Source of the DNA: an uncultured delta proteobacterium
GTDB taxonomy: Bacteria > Myxococcota > Kuafuiibacteriia > Kuafuiibacteriales > Kuafuiibacteriaceae
Length of the DNA stretch: 64,000 bases
Assembly: GCA_963803435.1 (NCBI GenBank)
Contig: CAWDML010000015.1
Location: 32,001-96,000, forward strand
Direction: 5' to 3'
Of the stretch, positions 18,216 to 27,736 are shown piece by piece (position 1 is the first letter of the stretch; each line of letters opens with the position of its first letter). The translations under genes were made by a program, and so were the position numbers. Below the pieces are notes generated by a model. It was not told where the DNA came from. It ran no database searches and saw only the letters and a program-made list of their open reading frames with translations.

Positions 18216-19820
18216 CTACGCCGCCGTCATCTGTTCGAGGCGCGCCAGCGTCTCGGTCTTTCCCAGCAGCACCATGGTGTGGTGGAGCGGGAAGCCTTCT
18301 GGGTTGCCGGTCAGCATCCAGCGGAGCGACTTGCCGTAGGCGGTGTAGCCGGCGCCGGTCGCCTCGTTGAACTTGTCGAGCTCCTTGTCCAGTGTCTCGA
18401 CCGTCCACTTGGTGGCGGCGACCTTCCCCAGCTGCGCCGACAGCTTGCGCATGAGCTCCTTCTGCTTGGTTCCGCCGAGCTGCTTCGCGTCCTTCTCGTC
18501 GAAGCGCAGCGGAGATCGCACGATCGCGACCGAGTCGATCGCGTCCATGTACGTGCCGAAGCGCTTCTTGCCGCCGTCGGCGAGCGCATGCACCTGCTCC
18601 TTCGACAGATCTGCCAGAGCGGCTTTCGCCTCTTCGGGCGTCACTCCGTTGCGAGTGAAGAAGCTCGGATCGTCGACGTACGCATCGACGCGCTCGGCGT
18701 CGTCCAGGATGGCCTGGATCGCGGCTGCCAGCGCGTCGGTCGGCATCCGCATGATCTCGGTGAACATCCGCAGCACCAGCGGACCCGGCCGGACCTCGTA
18801 CTTCTCACCTTTCTTCACGCACTCGGTCAGCCCGAGCACCGACTCCTTCTTCGACATGCGAGTCGGGTCGAACCTCTTCGCCAGCTCGTCGATCGACAGC
18901 GTGTCGTTGGTATCGAACCCCATGCCGAGCCGGGCCAGGTGGTTGATCAGCACCTCCGGCGAGAAGCCTTGGTTCTCGTAGTCGATCACGCTGGTCGCGC
19001 CGTGCCGCTTCGAGAGCTTGCCGCCCGCCTTCACCTGGGACGGGTCCTCCGGATCGGGGGCCGGATCTCCGTGGATCAGAGGCATGTGATAGAACTCGGG
19101 CACCTGATAGCCGAGCGCCCGGAACAGCTCGATCTGCTTGGCCGCGTTCACCAGGTGCTCATGCCCGCGGAAGATGTGCGTGATCCCTTGCTCGCCGTCG
19201 TCGACGACGTTGGCCAGCAGGAACATCGGCGAGCCGTCCGACCGCTGGATCACGAAGTCGGGCTCCGGATCGACCTCGACCCGCCCCTTGAGGCGGTCGT
19301 TGACGACCAGCTTTCCCTCCTTCGGCATGATGAAGAAGACGGCGCCCGTGTCGGGATCGCGACGCGCCTTGTCGGCGGCCAGGAGCGCCTCCACCTTCGT
19401 CGAGTAGAGCTCGGTGCGCTGCGATTGAAACACCGGCTCCTCGTCCCAGGAGAGCCCGAGCCAGCGGAGGCCGTCATAGATGGCCTCGGTGTACTCGGGC
19501 TTCGAGCGCATGTGGTCGGTGTCCTCGATGCGCAAGAGGAAGTCGCCGCCGTTGGCCTTGGCGAACAGATAGTTCACCAGCGCCGTGCGCGCTCCTCCGA
19601 TGTGCAGGTGCCCGGTCGGGCTGGGGGCAAAGCGGACGCGGACCCTCTTCGGGGCCTCCGGTTCGCCGCCGCCGAGCTTGAGGACGTCGTCCGCGGTCAA
19701 GCTCCGGAGTGCCGGACGCTGGAGGCGGGTTCGACGATCGGCGCGGGCGGCGGGGCCGACGTCTCCGGGGGCGTGCGCGTGGACCGTTCGCGGTCTGTTT
19801 GCGGCTCCTTCGACAACCAT
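18216..19820 (-). CDS. gltX: Glutamyl-tRNA synthetase, atypical (N-terminal ~57 aa extension, zinc-binding insert missing)
   Basis: VRVRFAPSPTGHLHIGG, LRIEDTD, NVVDD, ITHIFRG, KLSKRHG, anticodon domain LRWMLTG...LLGKTETLARL. Confidence 0.85.
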   Translation of the reverse strand: MVVEGAANRPRTVHAHAPGDVGPAARADRRTRLQRPALRSLTADDVLKLGGGEPEAPKRVRVRFAPSPTGHLHIGGARTALVNYLFAKANGGDFLLRIEDTDHMRSKPEYTEAIYDGLRWLGLSWDEEPVFQSQRTELYSTKVEALLAADKARRDPDTGAVFFIMPKEGKLVVNDRLKGRVEVDPEPDFVIQRSDGSPMFLLANVVDDGEQGITHIFRGHEHLVNAAKQIELFRALGYQVPEFYHMPLIHGDPAPDPEDPSQVKAGGKLSKRHGATSVIDYENQGFSPEVLINHLARLGMGFDTNDTLSIDELAKRFDPTRMSKKESVLGLTECVKKGEKYEVRPGPLVLRMFTEIMRMPTDALAAAIQAILDDAERVDAYVDDPSFFTRNGVTPEEAKAALADLSKEQVHALADGGKKRFGTYMDAIDSVAIVRSPLRFDEKDAKQLGGTKQKELMRKLSAQLGKVAATKWTVETLDKELDKFNEATGAGYTAYGKSLRWMLTGNPEGFPLHHTMVLLGKTETLARLEQMTAA

Positions 19821-19834
19821 CGGTTAACTCATCC

Positions 19835-22800
19835 TCACTTCGGTACCAGCACGATGAACTCGTTCTCGAAGACCTTCGAGTCCTGCTGAAAGTTGTGGAT
19901 CCATCGCCTCACCGTCGCCACCCCGCGCTGGCCTTGAGGCGGATCCGAATCCATATATTCCTCCCCCGTGTTCCCCATGCGAGTCAGAAGCTTCATCTCT
20001 TTCTTGTCGACCTCGGTTCCGTAACGCTTGCAGAGGTCGAGCAGGATCTCGTTCATGTCCGCGAACTGCTGGTGTCCGCTGAATCGGTTCGTCTTGCTGG
20101 CGTCCCAGTAGTATTCGGTCGCGAAGCCGCACGCGATCCCCATGCTGGAGGCGCGGCGCAGCAGGTGCTCGATCAGCCGGCGCTTCTCATCGTGGTTCGC
20201 TTCGAACGGTGGATAGGCCTTGTCGATGATCAACATCGGCTCGCCCTCGTGTCCTTCGTCCTGTCGCTCCACCAGGCGCATCATGGCGCGACGCTCCTGG
20301 CCGGCTGCGTTCCTCGTGACGATCATGCGCTTGTTGGGATCGGTCCAGTACGCCATCCCCTCGCCGTGGCCGCCCGGCCAGTTGAGACAGCCGCCGCCGG
20401 TCTTCGCCCGATCGACGGTCATCGCGTACATCGTCGGCAGGTCGGGGCCGTCGTCCGTCACCACGCGCGAGTAGCTGATCCCGGCCAGGCGGATCGTCCA
20501 GACCAGCTCCTCCATCGCGTCGTCCAGCGGCGGTCCGAACACCTTGCGGAACGACGGGATCCGATCCGCCAGCCGCGCGAAGCGCTCGGGGGTCACGTTC
20601 TCGGGTGTCAGCTCCGCGAGCGTGGTCGCCCACTCGATCGCCTCGATCTGCTTCGGAAGATCCTCGACCTCGCGGACCAGGCCGAGCCACTCCTCGCGGT
20701 CCTTCGACTTGTCGATCTGCCGGATCCGGACCACGAGCGCGTCGCGCTTGGTCTGGATCTCGTCGAGTGGGCCCCAGGACTCGTTCAGGCGCTCCAGGAT
20801 CGCGTTCCCGATCAGCGCGGTCCGCTGGAGGCGCTGGAGGAACACCTGCTCCCCGTCGCCCTCGAACCGGATGTGCGTCATCCTCTGCGCCGTCTTCCAC
20901 TGTGCGGCCGCCTCGCCGGTGAGACACGCGAGGTGCGTCTCCGCGTGCGGGGTCTCGAAGCGGTACTGATCCACGCGGTCCGCCAGCGCGGCCTCGAGCA
21001 GGCCCTTCAGGATCTCCTGGTCGACGTTGGCGTTGCCGGCGGCGGCCGAGAACAGGGGTGCCAGCGGCCCTTGGACGTCCGCGAGCCCCTTCTCAGTGAT
21101 GTGCACCTCGCCGGCGCCCTGGAGGAGCTGTCCGAGGTTGAGCTTCTCCATCACGGCGCCGTGCATGCGGTGCTCGATCTCGGCGACCAGGTTTTCCTGG
21201 GCGTCGAGCTTCTGCACCGCCGCCAGGACGTACTCGGCGCTGGGCGCGAAGTCGGTCTCGATGTTGACGTAGTTGGCGAGCTTGCAGACGTCGGCCATCC
21301 GCAGCTTCGCACCCAGGATCGCCCGCACCAAATCGACCGCGTCGCCGCCGTTCTGCTCGGTCGTGACCAGCAGCGTCCGCAGGTTTCGCTCGTGGTCCTT
21401 GTTGCCGCGACCGCTGGCGAAGAACTTGTCGAGATCGGTCAGCCAGGTGTCGAGCTCCGCGCCGTGCTTCGTGCCGATCGCGATCAGTCGCGCGATCGCG
21501 TCGCCCGGAAGTCGCGGCCACGCTGCGTCGAGCATCGCGACGTCGAGCCCGGCCTTCGCCACTGCCGCCATGTCCTCGGCGAATCCGTGGCGGAGGAGCT
21601 CCACGATCGGGCCGCCCTCGACCTTCGGGATCTCGGCGGAGTAGCGGGCGGCGTTGCGCTCGGCGTGGGCCCGCACCTCCGGATCGCCGGCGCCCGCGGC
21701 CAGCGCCGCAGTCAGCGACTCGAGGAGCGCCGGGTTGCCCTCGGCGTACCGCGCCGCGACCCCGATCAGCGAGTTGGCGAGGGTCACCGGATCGTCCGGC
21801 ACTCCGACCACCGCGATGATCTGGGCCAGCAGCCCCAGGGTCGCCGTCGCATCCTGTGGCTCGACCCGGAGCAGGTGCTTGGCACCGAGGGCCTCGATCG
21901 ACTCGGCCGCCAGCCCGGCCGCGCCGAGCTGGATGAGCTGCTGCGTGATCTGATCGGCGGCCCCGTCGGGCGGCGCGCCCCGTCCGAGGAACGAGAGCTG
22001 CGCCGCGGCGATCGCCTTCAGCATCTCGGACGGCTGACCTGCGCTCGCCGCCAGCTGGCGATAGAACACGCTTCGCGAGGTGGTGGAGAGCTCCCGATCG
22101 GCGCGTGCGCCCAGCTCCGCGAGTGCGGGCTGATCTCCGAGCTGCGCCAGGAGCGGCGCGATCTCCTGCTCCGCCGCCGCCGCCTCGGCCGCCAGACGGT
22201 CGCGATGCGCGCGGGCCGCCGCCGCCTGCTGGGCGAGGATCTCGACCTGTCCGTCCGTCAGCCCCGCCTTGAGGCCCGCTGAGACCGTGTTTGCGACGGC
22301 GTGATCGTCCTGCTCTCCACCGATGGCCGCGAGCGCGGCCCGCAGCGTGCCCTCGAAGAGCTTCTCGGTATGGCCGCCCGAGGCGACAATCGTCGGCACC
22401 GCTTCCACCAGCGTCTGAGTCGCCGCCTTCAGCGCAATCTCGTCGTTGTTGCGACCCAACGCCTTCACGCCGGCGTCGAAGGCAGCTCCGATCTGCTGCG
22501 GATCGAGCTGGCTCGACGCGAACGCGAGGCGCTCGAATCGCGCGCGCCTGCGGCGCGGTGAGCTTCGGAGCCGCCGCGATCGAGCGGAGCACCGCGAGCA
22601 CGTCCGCGATGGATCGGCTCGAGCTCCCCGGATCGAGCTTCGACAGCCCGCCGCTCATCGTTCCCAGCACGCGCGCCGGAAGCTCACGGAGGCGCGCCGC
22701 CTGCCCGGCGTCGAGCCGCTCGGCGGCCTCGTCGAGGGCGCTGGCGGTCTCGGCGACCTGCGCCGTCAGCTCTTGGATGCTCGAGAGGTGGCGGGCGAGC

Positions 22801-23031
22801 AGCGGTCCCGGCAGGTTCAGCTTCGCGCCGGCCGCGAATATGTCGGAGACCGTCTGCCGCATCAGCGCGCCGGAGAGTCCCTTCTTGCTGGCGACCGGCG
22901 CGGCCCGCCTGGTCCGCGTGCTCGGGGGCTCGTCCGCCGCGGGCGGAGCTCGAATCGAGAGGCACCGGTGCGCCCAGGTCGTGCACGAGGCGCGTCCGAT
23001 GCGCGCCGAGCCTGCCGATGAAACCCACCAC
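19835..23031 (-). CDS. Large (~1064 aa corrected) Ala/Leu-rich helical protein with a C-terminal globular domain; two +1 frameshifts
   Basis: Three consecutive frames (from 23031, 22862, 22468) join on deleting one base at 22952-22956 and one at 22535-22539; C-terminal GCLNW...DPNKRMIV...RAMMRL...LIIDKAY. Confidence 0.65.
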
Positions 23032-25670
23032 TACGCTCTGACTCCCAGCGGCCCGCTCCGCCGCCCATCGCTCCGCGGAATCGTCACCAGGCCCTCGCGC
23101 GCGTCTTTCATCGCGTCGAAGCGCCGGTGGACCTCGACCAGTCCCTGCGTTGGCTCACCCCGCTCCCGAAGCTGCTCGATGGCTCGAGAGAGGCGCTGCT
23201 CGGCCTTCGGGCTCGGCTCGTTCTCGAGCATCGCGAGTGCGTGCTGCGATCTCGAAGATCGGTCCGACCAGCTGCATCGCACCCTGGGCGGCGGGATCGT
23301 CCCGCTTCTCGAGGGCCTCGAACGCGCTCTTCGGCGAGACCGTCGCCTCTTCATCGAGGTCGCCGAGCCTCCGGGCTTCCGGTCGAGCCGAGCGCCACAG
23401 CCTTGCCAGCGAGGACAAGCCATCCCGTGCGATCTGGCTCCGAGCCTCGCTCTGCCTCTTCGCGAGCGGTTCGAGCGCGAGGAACGGCTCGAGCCAGTCG
23501 CACCAGAAGTCGATCTCGCTCGCGATGCGCTCGCCGCCCGGGATCGGCTCGGCGGCGCTCTTCACGGCTTCGAGCCGCGCCTTCACCCTGGGCAGCGAGG
23601 CCCGCCGCTCGAGGCTTTGATTCAGCGAGAGGCTCGCCTCCATCAGATCGGACAGAGCGAGGAGCCGCTGAACCGCTGGATCATCCTTTGCCGCGGCGAT
23701 CCGCTCCGCATCGTCGTGCGCGTCGAGGTCGGCGGCCGACGCCGCGATCATCGCGTCGATCCGATCGCGATTGAGGTGTGCCAGCGCGTCGATGCTCTCC
23801 AGCGGATGGCCGAAGGCCAGCTCGGTGATCGGGCCGTAGAACGCCAGCACGGCGGTCTCGAGCTGGCCGATGTCGTCGCCGGCGAGCGCCGCTTCGACTG
23901 CGGCGGCCTTCTTCGAGAGCGCCTCGGCCTGCCCGTCGGGCAGGTCGAGCGCGCCCACCTGCTCGACCAGGTCGGCCATCGAGATCGCCTCGGCGAACCG
24001 CGCGAGCCACTGCTCGCCGTGGCCCTTGATGCCGGCCAGCTGGGCGTTGAGCATCGCGCGCAGGCTGGCCAGCAGCTGCACGTCCGCAGGGGGTCGGTCG
24101 AGCTCGCCCGCGACGGCCCTCGCGGTCTCGATCAGCGTGGCGCGGAGCGCCCGAGCGTCTTCCTGCCCGATCGCCTTCTCCGACGCCGCAGCCTCCTCGG
24201 GCTTCCACGCCGCGTGCACCGCCAGCGCGATCGCCTCGCTGAGCCCGACCACCGAACGCCGCGCCTGGAACACGGCTCGATCCGCCGTCACTCGGGCGCT
24301 GAACGCCTCGACGTCGCTCTTCAGCACGATCCCGTCCAGCTCGGCGTCGAGTCCGAGCCTCCCTGCACCGCGGAGGAGATCGGCGAGCTTTTCGGGGACG
24401 CGCTGCAGGTAGTATGCGTCTTTCTTGTCGATCTTCAGCACGTAGAGCGCGCCTGCAAGGACGTCGGCGACCGCGCCCAGCGTGTCGATCTCCTCGGCCA
24501 GCGTGGTGCGCGCCTTCGTGTCCTTCTTGTCGACCGCGTGGAGCCGGTCGATCAGCTCGTCCCGTCGCTCTCGGACCTCGGAGAGGATCGGCTCCGGAGA
24601 TCGCATCGAGCTCGAAGTCCTCCTTCACGCGACCGGCCAGCTTCGCCGCCGCCCGCTTGATCTCGGGCAGCCGAACCGAGAGGTCGTCGAGCCGGAGCGA
24701 CTCCTCCTCGCCCGCACCCACGGCCGCGCCTCGGCGCTCCCGCACCAGCGGGAACCACGGCGTGAGGCCCCCGGGCCGGATCCCCATCTCGCTCAGCGAC
24801 TCGGGATGGTTCGCCGCCTCCACCGCGCACTGCAGGGCGAGGCGCGTGTACTGCTCCAGGCGCTCGCGGATGACGCGGGAGAGGTCGTCCTTCGGGTCAT
24901 GGTTGTCGAGATCGCGCCCCGACAGCAGGTTGATCACTGGAACGCCGAGCCGATAGAGCGGCTCCGCATCGGTGCTGAAGAACTGCGACTCGCGCGGTTG
25001 CTCCGGGTAGCCGTCGATCGCGCGCTCTCGACCCTGGAGCGCCCGCGCGCTGGCGCGGCGCAGGACGGCCTGCGCGAAGGCGTCGTCGGAGGCCCACTGG
25101 AAGACGTCGTTGCGCGAGCCGCTCTCCAGGTGCACCTGGCCCAGCTCGTCCAGGTTGAGCATCAGCGCCGTCTTGGCCAGCGGTACGATCGGCTGCTGCG
25201 CGTACAGCTTCGAGCCGCGCCGCCCCGGATGGTACTTGTCGTGGCGCCGGATCCCTTCCTCGCCGTCGAACGTGACGAAGAGGACCGACCGCCGCGGCGG
25301 GTTCTTCGCGAGGGCGCGCGCGATCGCGAGGACGCCGGCACAACCGGTGCCGTTGTCGTTGGCTCCCTCGTGCGCGTTCTGCTGCGAGTCGTGGTGCGCG
25401 GCGACGATGATGTACTCGTCCTTCAGCTTCGGATCCGTGCCCTCGAGGAGCCCGATGACGTTGGCGCCGGCGAGGACGCGTCCGCCCACGTCCCAGCGGA
25501 ACTCCTGGAGCGACGCCTTCAGGCCGGCGTCCGCCATCCGGTCCCGGATCCACTCGGCGGAAGCGCGGCCGGTCGCCGTCCCGAAGACGCGAATCCGGGA
25601 ACCCGCGCGCGAGCCCCTCGACCAGACCGAAGACCGTGCTCTGGGTAGGGAGCGCTGCCGACACACGCAC
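23031..25670 (-). CDS. M28-family zinc peptidase fused to a long helical C-terminal region (~878 aa corrected); three +1 frameshifts
   Basis: NVIGLLEG, AAHHDS, GANDNGTG, FDGEE, LNLD, HDPKDD; four frames join by single-base deletions at ~25592, ~24598 and ~23247. Confidence 0.7.
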
Positions 25671-25673
25671 GCG

Positions 25674-26127
25674 CTAGGCCTCCGGGTGGACGAAGAGGCA
25701 CTGCCAGACGGTGGCGTGCGTGCCCTTCGGTAGGCCGTAGCGGAATCCAGGGGACGAGCTCGTCGAGATCGGGTTGGGCGAGGACGGTGATCCCGTGCGC
25801 CTCCAGGATCTCGACGATGCGGTCGGCTCGCTCTCGTTCGTCTTCGCCGCGCCGATGTTCCACGCCGTAGTCGAGGGCGGCGTACGGTCCGAGGTAGCAG
25901 ACCTGGAGGCGGAGCTTCCCGAACAGGATCAGCTCCTCGGAGATGTCGTAGCGCCCTCGGGTCCCGTTCCGGAGCATCGGGTCGAGGGCCTTCAGGTCGG
26001 CCAGGACGGCCCGCAGGGTCGCGTTATCACTGTCGTAGTCCCAGACCACGTGGGCGTCGTCGAGCGGGGAGGCCAGGACCTGCTTGGGGTAGTACTGGAT
26101 GATCGTGCGCTCGATGTCGGGCGTCAT
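25674..26127 (-). CDS. Small hypothetical protein (~150 aa), resembling myxobacterial immunity-like proteins; one +1 frameshift
   Basis: IIQYYPK near the N-terminus; deleting one base at 25743-25747 restores the C-terminus VPWIRYGLPKGTHATVWQCLFVHPEA-stop. Confidence 0.5.
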
Positions 26128-26132
26128 TCTCA

Positions 26133-26225
26133 ACACTCCTGTAAAACCCATAGGTTACGTCCGCTCCCGTCTCGAGGCCCAGGAGTGTGATCCAGCTACA
26201 TTTCAATTGTCGGTTTTTGTAGCTG
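26133..26225. promoter_or_regulatory. AT-rich divergent promoter region with two spaced inverted repeats
   Basis: ACACTCCTG (26133-26141)/CAGGAGTGT (26180-26188) and CAGCTACA (26193-26200)/TGTAGCTG (26218-26225). Confidence 0.4.
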
Positions 26226-26284
26226 ATTTGGTGCGTCTGCCGAACTTGTCCGCGGAGGGGGACGTTGATACCCCTGGGTGATCT

Positions 26285-27736
26285 ATGCCTGCGAGTGGAC
26301 TCGGCTTTACGGTCAACGGCCGGCGCGTCGAGGTCGGGGATGTTTCACCGACGACGACCTTGCTCCAGTGGCTCCGCGGCGAGCCCGGGCGGACCGGCAC
26401 CAAGGAGGGGTGCGCCGAGGGGGACTGCGGCGCCTGCACGGTCGCGGTGGTGACGCACGGTCGGGCGGGCCCAACCTTTCGTGCCGTGAACAGCTGCCTG
26501 GTCCTTCTGCCGATGATGCACGGGCAGGAGATCGTGACGGTCGAAGGCCTGAAGGAGGGCTCGGCGTACCACCCCGTTCAGGAGAGCCTCGTCGGACGTC
26601 TCGGATCCCAGTGCGGGTACTGCACGCCGGGTGTCGTGATGTCGATGTTCGAGGCCTGCTATCGCGGCGACCTGAGCGAGCGCTGGCAGATCGACGACCA
26701 GATGTGCGGCAACCTCTGCCGCTGCACCGGCTACCGTCCCATCCGCGAGGCCACCGAGGCGATCGCAGGTCTTCGCCCCGAGGATCGCTTCAGGCAACTC
26801 CTGGAACGCGAGCCCGCTCGCCCCACCTCGCTCGAGCTGTCGTACCGCGACCAGCGGTACTTCGCGCCGGCGTCGCTCGACGAGCTCTGGACGATCCTCG
26901 ATCGCCATCCGGACGCACGCTTCGTCGCCGGCGGTACCGATCTCTCCCTGCTGGTTACCAAGCGCTTCGAGGAGCTCCCACTCCTGATCTCGCTGGAGCA
27001 GCTCCCGGAGCTCAGTGTGATCGAGGAGCGCCCGGGCGGCCTCCGGATCGGCGCCACCGTGCGCCTCTCCGATCTCGAATCGTTCGCGCGCGGCGCTTCA
27101 CCGTCGATCGAGCGCATGTTGCGATACTTCGGGTCGCGGCAGATCAAGAACCGAGCGACGATCGGCGGCAATCTCTGCAACGCCTCGCCGATCGGCGACC
27201 TCCCGCCGATCCTGCTGGCGCTCGGGGCCGAGGTGGAGCTGCTCTCCCGCACCGGCACCCGGAGGCTGCCGCTGGATCAGCTCTTCGTGGCCTATCGAAA
27301 GACCGCGCTGGCGAAGAACGAGATGCTCTCGGCCGTCTTCGTGCCGGACCTCCCCGCCGGCGACGTGCGCGTCACCGCCTACAAGGTCTCCAAGCGGCAG
27401 GAGCTCGACATCAGCGCGGTGGCGGCCGGGCTCTACGTCGAGCTGGAGCAGGGCACGGTGAAGGAGGCCCGCTTTGCCTACGGCGGGATGGCGGCGACGC
27501 CGAGGCGCGCCACTGCGGCCGAGCAAGCCGCCCGCGGCCAGCCCTGGAGCGAGGCGACAATCGCGGCCGCCATGCGCGCGCTCGACCGCGACTTCACGCC
27601 GATCGACGACCACCGCGGTTCGGCCTGGTACCGCGGGACCGTCGCGAAGAACCTCCTCCTCGGCTTCTTCCACGAGACCCAGAAGGATCCGTCTCCGCGG
27701 CTCGCGCACCGCCCGACGGGGAGCGTTTCGCCATGA
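26285..27736 (+). CDS. xdhA: Xanthine dehydrogenase small subunit (2Fe-2S + FAD)
   Basis: GTKEGCAEGDCGAC, QCGYCTPG, GNLCRCTGY, AGGTDL, ATIGGNLCNASPIGD, YKVSKR.ELDIS. Confidence 0.93.
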   Translation: MPASGLGFTVNGRRVEVGDVSPTTTLLQWLRGEPGRTGTKEGCAEGDCGACTVAVVTHGRAGPTFRAVNSCLVLLPMMHGQEIVTVEGLKEGSAYHPVQESLVGRLGSQCGYCTPGVVMSMFEACYRGDLSERWQIDDQMCGNLCRCTGYRPIREATEAIAGLRPEDRFRQLLEREPARPTSLELSYRDQRYFAPASLDELWTILDRHPDARFVAGGTDLSLLVTKRFEELPLLISLEQLPELSVIEERPGGLRIGATVRLSDLESFARGASPSIERMLRYFGSRQIKNRATIGGNLCNASPIGDLPPILLALGAEVELLSRTGTRRLPLDQLFVAYRKTALAKNEMLSAVFVPDLPAGDVRVTAYKVSKRQELDISAVAAGLYVELEQGTVKEARFAYGGMAATPRRATAAEQAARGQPWSEATIAAAMRALDRDFTPIDDHRGSAWYRGTVAKNLLLGFFHETQKDPSPRLAHRPTGSVSP

